DNA from: Geosiphon pyriformis uo1
Taxonomy: Eukaryota > Fungi > Glomeromycota
NCBI GenBank assembly: GCA_016748015.1
Contig: JAAOMT010000135.1
Location: 699,326 to 763,325 of the forward strand
DNA: 64,000 nt
Direction of reading: 5' to 3'
Positions 1-11,932 of the stretch are shown here, piece by piece. The notes below the pieces were generated by a model. It was given only the letters and a program-made list of their open reading frames with translations. It searched no databases and had not been told where the DNA came from. The translations under genes and the position numbers were made by a program. Every line of letters starts with the position of its first letter. Within the stretch, counting starts at the first letter, position 1.

Positions 1-536
1 ATAAATCACTAGCAGCAATTTTCCTATTTGAATTCAAGAAACCATCACAAACACTATTGTTCAGTGGAGTTGTGCTTGAAGAAAAACCCATTACTGCCAT
101 GTACACTAATGCTAAAGTCAATGGTCAGGCCATAAAACTGATCTTAGATAGTGGTTTCAGTAGGCAGTATTATTATATAACAACTTATGGACCAATTAAG
201 TTACTGAGTTGATTGCACTATTAGCACCAGAATCATAATAGCCAATAAAGCAACCAAAACTCTAATTGGTAAGATTGATGACTTCTCTATAGAAGTCAAT
301 GGCATCATTGTACCAATTAAAGTATTAGTTATGGAAGCCACTCAATACTAAGTATTCATTAGTAATAATTGACTGTCCAAAACAAATACAATGCTTGATT
401 GGATTATGCAAGAATTGCAACTCAGTCAGAATGGACAATACACATAAATACTAGCAATGTGTAGTCATTTTAAACCAGTAACAATGCATCAGCACCACTC
501 ATCAAGTTCAATAATAAAGAAAAAAAACCTACTTGA
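1..536 (+). mobile_element. Gypsy element A, left part (aspartic protease region, degenerate); 5' end lies outside the window
   Basis: Translates to EEKPITAMYTNAKVNGQAIKLILDSG..., matching the protease of element E (36400-36800). It breaks at acctacTTGA, where element B is inserted. Confidence 0.9.
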
Positions 537-1149
537 TGTTATCTGAGTAGAAAAACCAAAAAGCTATGGAAAAGCGTAACAAAGAAACATGACAAGAAAA
601 ACGTGGTACAACTCAAAGTAACACAGAACAAACATGAGCAATAGCTAGCAATAACAAGCAATAGCTAGCAATAATAAGCAATAGCTAACAATAACAAACA
701 ATAACTAGCAATAATAAGCAATAGCTAGCAATAACAAGCTAGCAATAATAAGCAATAGCTAGTAATAATGAGCAATAGCTAGCAATAATGAGCAATAGCT
801 AGCAATAACAAACAATAGCTAGCAATAGTAAAGCAATTGAAAGCAATCCTGTAAAACCAAAAGAATATATAAAAGCAAATAGTTGTAAAAATTGAAAAGA
901 CAGTTAGTTAGCAATCAATTTTACTTTGTATTATATTTATTATATATCCATAGTCTGAAATACAATAATTATCAAAACAAAAAATTCCAATTTGCCAATT
1001 TATATTTTCCAATTTTACGGATTTTAATTGAAATTAAAATCAGTATTTCCTACCTTTTGTTCTGGAACAGATGCCATTAGCATAAACACTTCGAATTTTT
1101 AACAATTTGGACCAATTGCTTTTGATCATGATGATTGATAGGAACTAAT

Positions 1150-1194
<45 letters not shown>

Positions 1195-1652
1195 NNNNNN
1201 NNNNNNNNNNNNNNGTTATACTTTTATTTTTTTTTTTTTTTTTTTTTTTTCTTTTCTCTCTTCTTTTGTTTGAAGTGGCAACATAAAAAAATTGACTGTC
1301 TTGAAATAAACTTCGTGATAGCCTGGTAAAAAAGAGAAGCTCCTTCTAAGTTTTGAATATTAACATTATCTTAATAGCTTATTAGAAGGATGAAAAAACA
1401 ACACTGGACCCTAATGACTGTGCTCATTAGTGTAGAGAAGAAAGCTTACATTTGTGAAAAATGTTGTACTTGATGAAAAACAAACTCTGTGTCTTATAAC
1501 CAAAGAACTCAAATGGGTAAATTCATATCCAAGAATAAATTTTTAGAGACTAATAACACTAATATGGTAGAAAAAGCAGACAACCTTGAAAGATAACCCA
1601 AAAATAGAGCACCAAATGTTACCACCATATCTCACCAAGTTTACCCATAACA
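537..1652 (+). repeat. 5' LTR of B
   Basis: TGTTA...TAACA termini; colinear with 10792-11932; TATA-like tatataaaag at ~866; poly-T tract with an N gap. Confidence 0.93.
637..830 (+). repeat. Tandem 20-bp repeat (AGCAATAGCTAGCAATAAYA, ~10 units) in U3 of B
   Basis: Directly visible; 7 units in the 3' LTR (10892-11030). Confidence 0.95.
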
Positions 1653-1670
1653 TTTGGTGAGGTTATAAAT
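1653..1670 (+). promoter_or_regulatory. Primer-binding site of B (ttTGGTGAGGTT)
   Basis: TGG lies 2 nt after the LTR-terminal CA; primer identity not determined. Confidence 0.7.
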
Positions 1671-4600
1671 CAACAAAAACAGAGCACTCCAGAAATACAC
1701 AAAAGTGGTGACTATTGGAACAATAGGAAAAGACTATTTCTCATATAGAAAAGCATTATTTTAATACTTTCGAAAAGATTTAGAAATACCAGCAGAAACC
1801 ACCATTGCAGAAAGTGATTTTTGTAACTATATCAATGCAAAAATCAACTGCTTGTTAAGCTACACAACTAATACAGAAAGACTTGGAAAACAAATCCATC
1901 AAAGTTTACTAAGGTACTCAACAACTACCACTATTTGAGCAATTACTGAAACTCTATGCATAGTCAATATGGATATTAAACACTACATAACAAAACAATT
2001 CTCTCAGGTACAACCACCAGTAGAATCCAATTCGGAGAAATATGAGAATGGATCCAATAATTCCACAACTGCCCAAGACAAGTTCATGGTCAACAAGAAA
2101 CCAAGGTTCTTTTCCCTAACAACTCTATCATATTATCAGACACTCCAAAGTAGAATTGTATTCAATCCACCCCTAGAAATCTAGTCAAAAACACCATGAA
2201 CTCCTGGAAATCCACACTCTTGGAGTCAACACAGTTGGACCAAATCACTAGGAAAATATGGATCACTGTTTGAAAATCTTACCCCAATAGCTGGTCAAAC
2301 AGAAAGAAACATGTCAACTTGAGAACAACCACTAACACAAAATCCAACAGAATTAGCATCTCTCTTGATGGAAGGAACAGCTATCTTACAACCTATTGGT
2401 TTTAGTGACAAAGAGAAACAACCAGCATTAGCATCCAGAGAACACTTGAATATGCAGACACCAATCCTCTTAAACATAACTAGTAACAACTTACTCATTA
2501 ACCAAATTATGGCTTACTGGGATATTGCTAAATTGAAGAAATTCTCTGGTGAAGAAGATAATGCATATTCTTAGATCATAGATGCCAAAAAAACAATTAC
2601 TATTAATGGTTGGGACGATAATTGCACAATTCAGGCACTGCTGTTCTTTCTGACTAGAACTGCCAATTTATGGTACCAGAGTCTTGCAGAGAAGCCTACC
2701 TCTTTTACAGAGTTTAAACTTGTATTTTTGCAATACTTTTGTGACCCTAATACACTCATTTGATTGCAAAATCAATTTAATATAATAAAACAAAACAATT
2801 ATAAAGCAGTAACTACTTATTTCAGAAGATTCAATCAGGTTCTTTAACAAATTCTAGCCATTGAGCAGAATTATTATATCATCACACAAGTCCTCAATCA
2901 ATTTATTAAAAAACTAAGAAGCAGCTTCCTAAAATCTGTATGATCTTGTTATTCAACAAACTTACAAAAAGCAGTTATTTTCGCTTGTGATTTTGAGTTC
3001 ACAGAACAAGAAGCAAACCATACCCAAACAGTTAACTTAGCCATTAATAGAATCTTTAACATTGACACAAAGATAATCCAGTTAAGTGAGAAATTAACTC
3101 AGAAAATTGAAGGATTCTTAACTGGAACTGCAGGAACTTACCAACCACTACAATGGAGAGAAAATAATAACAACAGCAGATACTTACAGCAACAAAACCA
3201 TTAGCAACAGCAACAACCTTGGAGATTCAATTTTCACAACTGTTACTACTGCCAGAAATTTGAACACATTGCCTGTAACTGCAAAAAAAAAATAATAGAC
3301 CAAAATCAAAAAAACCAATACCAGCAACCAAGATATTAGCAAAACATGGTATCTCAATATTCTATCCCTTAAAATCAACTACCCTAGTATGCACAACAAG
3401 TCTCATACACCCAACCACCACTCCAGAATTATTATCAACTACCACCAATTACACAAGCAATCCCTCACTATTAAACTCTTCTTTTCAGCCAATCCAGACC
3501 TCAAGTTATAAACTATAATCAAAGATGAAGAAATCTCAACAACAATTAGGTGCAAACCAATAGTAGACCAATCCAATCAATCTCTCACAGTCCTGTCCAA
3601 TTGTGACCAACACCAACTGGATATCTAAATCAAGCTTCCTATCTTAATTTTATGGAAAACCAAGATGTAAATAAATCTACACTTATAGAAGAGAAAAATG
3701 TAGAACAAATTTCCCAATCTTCTAAGCAAACAAAAAGCAATATCCCACCAGTTACTATTACCGAGAACACCACCCTAGCCATCATATTTTTTTTTGACAT
3801 TAATAATTTGAACACCGATAGTCTTTTTAGTGAAGCAGCCATCAAGCAAGATAAACCAATAATGGTCTTATATACTAATGCCAAAGTTGGAGAAATAGAT
3901 ATTAAATTAATCCTGAATAGCAGATCAGCCAGTAGCATAATCATAAAGCAGCTCATAGACCAATTAAGTCATTGAGTAGACCATGCTGCTACCACCTGGA
4001 TTATTACAGCGGATGAAAACACAAAAACCCCAATAAGAAAAATTGACAAATTTTCCTTCAAGATTAATAAAATCCAGATCCCTACCAAAGTACTTGTTAT
4101 GGAAGCTACTTAATATCAAGCTCTGATAGAAAATGATTGGTTGTTAAAAGCCAATGCTACTCTTAACTGAAACACCCAAAAACTTTAACTTATGTTCAAT
4201 GGACAGCATGCCCAAGTTCTGGCTATATGCAGACACTTTAAAACCCAACATACTGAGAAACTCCTTATTGAATTTAAAGACATGTCACTACCACCAACCA
4301 TCAAAATCTATCAGGTTTCATGGGCAGACAATTATCGAACTGAATTACTCCTACCATCAATCTGGAAAGAAAAAGGAAAAGGCAGAGCCAAAGAAAAACT
4401 CCAATCATCATTACTAGGATATGTAACCTTAGACCAAAGAAATCTATTTTACCAACCTCCAAGACTAATATGTGTTGATTGTGGAAAGAAGCTATCTACT
4501 ATGGGTACATGTATCAGAAACAACAAAAAATGGCCTACTGTTACCAAATACTACTGCAAACTTTGTTTACTGAAAAAATTTGGATGACCAAAACAACAAG

Positions 4601-4895
4601 GCAAGGGGGACAACACACTGTGCCTTGCATGTAGTGAAATTTTGTCTGATGAAGAACTCTGGAATAATGTGCCTAGCAGAAGAGAAACATGTGACAAGAC
4701 TTGTTAATATACTATATTAATCAATAATTGGGTACAAAAGGAAATCTCTATCAAGGATGCTTGGAAACAAGCACTCAATAGGCTGGACAGTTATCCACAC
4801 AATGATCATGAAATCTGGAGAATAGCAAGTGCCAAAGCCAAAAGCGTTATGACTGAAAAAATATGAAAAACCAAAGACAACCCTTAGATATCCAA

Positions 4896-5976
4896 TATTA
4901 TCCAAGTAGAAAAACTGATCCAAAGTTATGAAAAAACATGACCAAAATGTGACCAAAATGTGACATAACACAGAATAGCACTCAATAACATTGGATAATG
5001 CATTATAATGTAGGATAATGTGTTATAATGCAGAATGATACAGAATAGCACACAATAATGTTGGATAAATGTGTTATAACATAGGATAATATGTTATAAT
5101 ACAGGATAACACAAAATAATATGTAATAATGTCAGATAACGTGTTATAACATAGGATAACTAGTGATAACATAGAAAAATGAAGCAATAACAGAAATAGC
5201 AAAGTAATAGCTAGTGATAGTGAAACAATTGAAAGCAATTCTATAAAACCAAAAAAATATATAAAAGCAAGTAGTTGTAGAAGTTATAAAAAAGACAGAT
5301 AGATACGAATCTCTAGACAAAAATCAAATATCCATACCTCTTCATCATTTATTGTCTTCCCTATTTCATCTTCTGAAATAAACCAATTATTAAAGAATTC
5401 AGAATCATGAATTCATGTTCTTGAACTTCATGGAATTTATGTGAATTAACCCTTGTCTTATATCTTCATTCTAGGACAGATGCTCTTAGCATAACTGCTT
5501 TGAACTATTAATAATTTGGACCAATTGCTCTTGATCACAGTAATTGATGATATTAATTTATCTTTTTTTTCTTTTTTTTTCTTATTTTTTTGTGGAATGG
5601 CAACATAGTAAAATCAACTGTCTGGGAATAGACTTCGTGATAGTCTGGTAAAAGAAGGAAGCTCCTCCTAAGTTTTGAATATTAACATTATCTTGTTAGC
5701 TTACCAGAAGGGCGAAAAGACAACACCAAACCCTAATGACTGCACTTGTTAGCTTGGAGAGGAAAGCTTACATTTACGGAAAATATTGCAATTGATGAAA
5801 GACAAACTTTGTGTTTTATAACTAAAGAACTCAACAAATAAAATCACATTCAGAAATAGACCTTCAGAAACTGATAATCAAGACTGAGCCAACAGAATTA
5901 TGTGGAAGACGCATCATCAATAATTAAGAGCACTAAATGTTACCATTTCTCATACCTACCAAGTTTACCCATAACA
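4896..5976 (+). mobile_element. Solo LTR related to the B family, inserted into B pol
   Basis: T(G>A)TTA...TAACA ends; R/U5 part similar to the B LTR; no internal region. Flanks CCAA and CTGA are a decayed CCGA TSD, and removing the insert restores NP(W)I(P)EYN. Confidence 0.88.
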
Positions 5977-6329
5977 CTGAATATAATAGACCCAACTACT
6001 CCATGGATGATTTCATCACAGATGACCCCAATGCATTTCAAAACTGATATCAAAAATTGGTTTCAACTCAAGAAGAGCAAAAACAGTGGTTAGTTGATTT
6101 AAATACCAAACTATGTGATCACTGCTTAATTTCTTGCTACTTCCAATACTGTGACGAGTGTGATCTCATGTTCAACTCACCTCCCAGAATCCTATACCCA
6201 ATCATTGAATTACCTGAGTCCAAGAAAGAAGAAAAATTATCCACCAGGGACATATTATTTTAAGAACCAAATCAGACTACTGAAATAGAACAATACCTTA
6301 CATATTCTGACCTCTCCAAAGAATTAGAA

Positions 6330-6760
6330 TTAAAATGGTATAATAACAACAACAAAAGAATATGCCCAGAAAAAGCACATAAAACCAACACAGGTTTTGA
6401 CTTAAGATACTCTGGACAATTATCTATAGTTATAGTCCCACATTCTCTGGTAAAAATAGATCTCAAAATAGCATTAGAAATTCTTGTTAACACCATAATA
6501 CAAGTAGTGTTTAGATCAAGTCTTGCAAAGAAAGAAATCAACATAAAAAGAGGAATTATTGATGCCGGATATACAGGAAACATTATCATAATGCTACAGA
6601 ACAATTTAGACAAACCCTATAAGATCAAATCTTATAAAAAAATTACCCAAGCCATCTTCCTACCTTTAGTCAAAATACCCCAACTAGCTCCAGTTACTAT
6701 CTGAGAAGAATTAGGTCATACTGTCTAAGGAATTAATGGGTTTGGCTCAAGTAAAAAAGG
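6330..6760 (+). pseudogene. dut: dUTPase domain of B
   Basis: Motifs TGFDL, RSSL, GIIDAGYTG, ITQ and GFGSS in the canonical trimeric dUTPase order. Confidence 0.9.
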
Positions 6761-8592
6761 GAATATAATGGTCAATTTTACAGAGAAAAATAGTGACCAG
6801 GTAAAACTTATCTATACTGACACCATCATTTCCATCCCTTCTTATTGGCAATACATTCTTAAAGTCAATTAAAGGATTCAGAATCAAGCACTAGTCTTTG
6901 AGACCAATCTCAAGATTTGCTTGTTAGCTGATGTCACTAATCTGTACTTACCAGCCAAAGCTCATAAACACTTCAAAATTCTCATCCACAATCCGACTGA
7001 AAACATTATCAAAATTTCTGAGGAAATCTTTGTTGGTTCCATATCTTCAGATATTCAGAATTCTGAAAAACCCCAGCCCATTCCAGATTTTGCTCAATTG
7101 TTTTTGTTCCGTAATATTATCTCACAAGTATAGAACCTGCCAAAAGAAAATTATCTGTTTACACTAGAAGAAATCAATAAACTTAATTTGGGAAACCTAA
7201 GCACTTTACAGCAAATACAACTTAAAATTCTATTGAACCAATATGCCAATGTCTTTGTTAGCAAAAATGAGTTCAGATGTATCAACATCATAAAACACCA
7301 GATTGACACTGAAGATGCTTGACCTATTAAGTAGCAAGCTTACCAAGTACCCCCATCTGATGATAATCTGATTAAGCAGGAAGTATAACAAATGCTTAAC
7401 AATAGACTGATTAAAAAATCATTAAGCTCTTGGTCCTCTCCAGTGGTTTTAGTCACAAAAAAAAATAGAAAAGTACAATTCTGTGTGGATTACTAGAAAT
7501 TAAATAGCATTACCCGAGGAGATAGCTATCTTACTCTTCTTATTCAAGAAATCCTAAACAACTTAAGAAAGAAGAAATAGTTCTCATTATTAGATCTAAC
7601 CAGTAAATATTGGCAAGTCGAAATGGACCTGAAAGACAAAGAGAAAACAGCATTCACCATCCAAGACAGAAATTTTAAATTCAACATAATGCCTTTCAGA
7701 CTGTGCAATACTCCCACTACCTTTCAATGTCTCATGAATGTTGTGTATAAAGAAATCTTGTAGAAATCAGTCATAATATACTTGAATAACACAAATGTCT
7801 TCTTGGAAACATTCGACAAATATTTGCTCTATTTACAACAAGTTTTTGAATGCCTTCAAAATGCCAGATTGAAACTCAACCCTAATAAATGCTTTTTCAG
7901 AAAAACTGAACTGAAATTCTTAGGACATGTGATCAGCAAAGATGAAATAAAACCTGACCCAAACAAAATCCAAAAGGTCAAAGATTTTCCAGCCCCAATC
8001 AACTTACAAGAGCTATGAGGATTTTTAGGGTTGGCTAGATACTATTGCCAATTTATCAAAGGATTCTCAACTATTACAAAACTCTTTTATCACTTGTTGT
8101 CCAAATATGTGCCATATCTGTAGAAGAAAGAGCAACAAAAGACCTTTGACTATCTTAAACAGCAATTAATCACATCTCTAATACTAATCTATCCCAACTT
8201 CACCAAACAATTTATTGTTACTACAGATGCATCAAAAAATGCACTAAAAGCTGTATTATCCCAAATAAAACCAGACAGAAGAAAATATCCAATTACCTAT
8301 GCCAGTCACAGTACCAATTCAGCAGAAAAAATATATAGTACAACAGATTTGGAATGCCTCGCCATTTATTAGGCCATACAAACATAGAAACACTACCTTA
8401 GACAACCATTTGATCTATATACCAATCATAAAAGACTCATCTGGTTACTCAATAACCCACAGCTGAAAGAAAAATATGTGAGATGAAGTACTTATTTGTA
8501 ACAATTTTCACTTAAAGTTTATTACAAGGAAGGATCCAAGAACACTAATGCCAACAGTTTGTTGAGAATGCCCCAAATTTAATCTTGGACCA

Positions 8593-9959
8593 ATGAATAC
8601 ACTTACTTATTAGCGATTACATTAGTACTTATTGACACTATGTTTCAAGGAGATATTATCTCAACAGAAACAAAATACCATACAGAAACAAGTACAAAGT
8701 TACTTTATTCAAAATAACCAACTCTATTATCAAAAATGACAAAACCACACCACCCCATAACAGTTGATCAAGGACAGTGAAAAAGAAGCTATATTATATA
8801 GTATGCATTCTGACCCAACTGCAGGACACTTCAACAAAGATACAACTCTGGAAAGAACAACAAATCTATACTATTGGCCTATGATGTATAAGGATATCTT
8901 CAAATATGTTCTCAATTGTGACTTATGCCAGCAAAAAGGAGAAGCCAGGATAACAGAACTACTTTGACTTATTCCAGTTGAAAATCCATTTGATAGAATT
9001 GGGATTGATTTGGTTGGTTCTTTTTCAATTACATCCAAAGAAAATTGTTACATCATGGTAGCCATAGACTACCTTATAAAATGGCCAGAAGCCAGAGCAA
9101 TCCAAGTAGCTGACACCAAAACAGTAACTGAATTCATACATCAAGATCTAATATGCAGACATGGATGTCTGAAAGAACTGTTATCAGACCAAAGAACACA
9201 TTTCATCAATATTATATTAACTGAATTGAGTCAATGTTTTGGTATAAAACAATCTCTATTATTATTATATTATCTACAAACAAATAAACTGGTAGAATGA
9301 TTTAACAGAACATTATGTGAAGCATTGGCAAAAATAAGTTATAGAAATGAACAAGAATGGGACTTATTCATACTTTCTGTACTCTTTACATATCGAACAT
9401 TAAAGCAAAATATGACACAGTTTACACCATTTAAATAAGTCTATAGAAGAAAAGCAATATTACCTATTAAATAAAAAATAGTGGCCTACCTAACAGAAAC
9501 TATCAACAAAGAAAATTTTAAAGATATCTTATACCAAAAAATGTACCAACTAATAAAAATGTTAAAAAACAATTGTAGAATAGCAGCTAACAATATTAGT
9601 AATGCTCAAGAATGACAAAAAAAAGACATGACAATCACCTACTTAAACAACTAATGGAATTTAAGATTGGAGACCAAATACTGTTATATTGTACAAAAGC
9701 AGAAAAACAATAGAGCAGAAAGTTTAACCCAAAATGAGACAGCCTATTCTACATACACAAAGCTTTAAGAAATAAAGCTTACAAATTATGATTGGAAGAC
9801 AGGATTTTAAAGAAAGTAGCTCATGGAAATTGATTAAAAATTTATCATGTGAAACAACAGTTATCATCATTAGTATATCAACTAGGAACACAATTTTCAT
9901 TAATCAGATCAGAAAATATACCATGAGATCTGGAACCAATCATTATCATTGAAACATAG
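8593..9959 (+). pseudogene. B integrase, separate ORF
   Basis: Own ATG 10 nt after the RNase H stop; HSDPTAGH...CDLCQ zinc finger; GIDLVG, SDQRTHF and VE(R)FN core; GPF-like C-terminus. Confidence 0.88.
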
Positions 9960-10043
9960 ACAACACATAGCAAATTAAATTGGGAAATTCAAGTATATAT
10001 ATCACCCAAAAAACAACGAGAAAACAATAGAAACTTTTTCAAC

Positions 10044-10777
10044 ATGGACTTTTCAGATCAAATTCTACAACTCTTGAAACAACTGTTTGATGCAATTCAA
10101 CAATCTTCTGCTCAAATAGAAATTACAATTGATAAAAAAGAGATACAATACAGAAATAGAAGCAAGAAAGAAGTGGATGAGAGTTCAACTAGAACTAAGC
10201 TGTCCCACCCTTACAAGCAAATCTCTCTCTACGAAAAAAAAAAAAAAAGGAATACGGTATGGATAGAACCTGACACAGCTAAAAAAAAGGGGAAGGTAAC
10301 AAAAATGGAATTGTGTCAGGTGAAAATTGAGAAAATAAGAGAGAGTCTGAACAGACAAACACCAGAGCTGGTAACAAAAGAATGGACACCTGAAAATGTG
10401 AAAAAATGGAAAAAAAACTTTCACTTATCTATTGGCTATTTAAAATTGAATTACAATTAAAATTAAATAACCCATATGAAAACCTTAATTGTCGAACAAT
10501 CAACAAAGAAGCCTGCAGACAAGTAGAAGAATTCATAGAAAGAAACAACTTAAACCTATATTACAAAGCAATATACTAACTATATTCAACATTTAAACAC
10601 TGTTTAACAGTACTACTAGATAAAACTCTAAAAACTGTTACAGTCAACAACATAGAACAAATGACAAACACCCAATTTAAAGTTCTACAAAAAGCAATAC
10701 TGGGGGCAACATTTGAGTTCTTTATGGAAAACACAAACTTAGCTGAGATAGATGATTTTACAAAAGCTCAATTTTAA
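10044..10777 (+). pseudogene. B ORF3, accessory protein of unknown function (frameshifted)
   Basis: ATG ORF between integrase and PPT, homologous to ORF3 of A, C, E and F (HPYK; KAIY.LY..F; MTNTQF). Confidence 0.75.
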
Positions 10778-10791
10778 AAAGGAAGAGATAA

Positions 10792-11365
10792 TGTTACCCA
10801 AGTAGAAAAACCAAAAAGCTATAGAAAAATGTGACAAAAAAACATGACAAGAAAAACATAGTACAACTCGAAATAACACAGAACAAACATGAGCAATAGT
10901 TAGCAATAATAAGTAATAGCTAACAATAACAAGCAATAACTAGCAATAATAAGCAATAGTTAGTAATAATGAGCAATAGTTAGCAATAATGAGCAATAGC
11001 TAGCAATAACAAGCAATAGCTAGCAATAGTAAAACAATTGAAAGCAATCTTATAAAACCAAAAGAATGTATAAAAGCAAGTAGTTGTAAAAGTTGAAAAG
11101 ACAGTTAGTTAGCAATCAATTTTACTTTGTATTATACTTATCACATATCCATAATCTGAAATACAATAATTATCAAAACAAAAAATTCCAATTTGCCAAT
11201 TTATATTTTCTAATTTTATGAATTTTAATTAAAATTAAATCAGTATTTCCTACCTTTTATTCTGAGACAGATGCTATTAGCATAAATGCCTTAAACCTTT
11301 AATGATTTAGACCAATCACTTTTGATCATGGCAATTGATAGAAACTAATTCTTTTCTTTTTTTTT

Positions 11366-11403
<38 letters not shown>

Positions 11404-11496
11404 TTACATTGANNNNNNNNNNNNNNNNNNNNNNNNNNNNNNNNNNNNNNNNNNNNNNNNNNNNNNNNNNNNNNNTTTTTTTTTTTTTTTTTTTTT

Positions 11497-11542
<46 letters not shown>

Positions 11543-11932
11543 CTTTTGTTTGGAGTGGCAACATAAAAAAATTGACTGTCTTAGAATAGACTTTGTAATA
11601 GCCTGGTAAAAAAAGGAAGCTCCTCCTAAGTTTTGAATATTAACGTTATCTTGGTAGCTTACCAGAAAAACAAAAAGACAACACCAGATCCTAACAACTG
11701 CACTTGTTAGTATAGAGAAGAAAGCTTACATTTGTGGAAAACATTGCACTCAATAAAAGACAAACTCTGTGTCTTATAATCAAAGAACTCAAATGAGTAA
11801 ATTCACATCCAGGAATAGATCTTCAGAGATTGATAACACTGACACAGTGGAAAAAGCAAACAATCTTAAAAGATAACCCAAAAATAAAGCACCAAACATT
11901 ACCATCATACCTCACCAAGTTTACCTATAATA
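10792..11932 (+). repeat. 3' LTR of B, preceded by PPT aaaaaggaagagataa (10776-10791)
   Basis: Copy of 537-1652; terminal CA has mutated to TA. Confidence 0.92.

Larger units (their letters stand above)
1705..8582 (+). pseudogene. B gag-protease-Cys-rich-dUTPase-RT-RNase H polyprotein, many stops, interrupted by the solo LTR
   Basis: Capsid-like KFSGEEDNAYS(W); zinc knuckle CYYCQKFEHIACNC at ~3241; protease LILNS(DS); dUTPase GIIDAGYTGNI; RT YLNN (YLDD) and FLGHVIS; RNase H ending NANSLLRMPQI*. Confidence 0.9.
537..11932 (+). mobile_element. Full-length Ty3/Gypsy LTR retrotransposon B, inserted into A
   Basis: Paired LTRs at 537-1652 and 10792-11932, TSD TTGA at 533-536 and 11933-11936, PBS and PPT present. 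Joining the flanks restores A (ctacTTGAgaagcatac; compare E ccacttgggaagcatac). Confidence 0.93.

Noticed and set aside
637-830. CRISPR-like array
   Set aside because: Head-to-tail repeats with no unique spacers, inside an LTR, with no cas genes.
1135-1329. Poly-Phe/poly-Lys ORFs (also 11316-11609)
   Set aside because: Artefacts of poly-T tracts and N gaps in the LTRs.
1400-1480. Hammerhead ribozyme (ctaatga...gaaa) in the B LTR
   Set aside because: Comparing LTR copies points to an ancestral ctaacga...tcgttag simple hairpin; the hammerhead stems cannot be built.
1610-1659. Perfect 12-bp pairing caccaaatgtta/taacatttggtg as proof of self-priming
   Set aside because: The 3' LTR reads aaacatta, so the ancestral site was probably CG and the perfect match is partly CpG decay.
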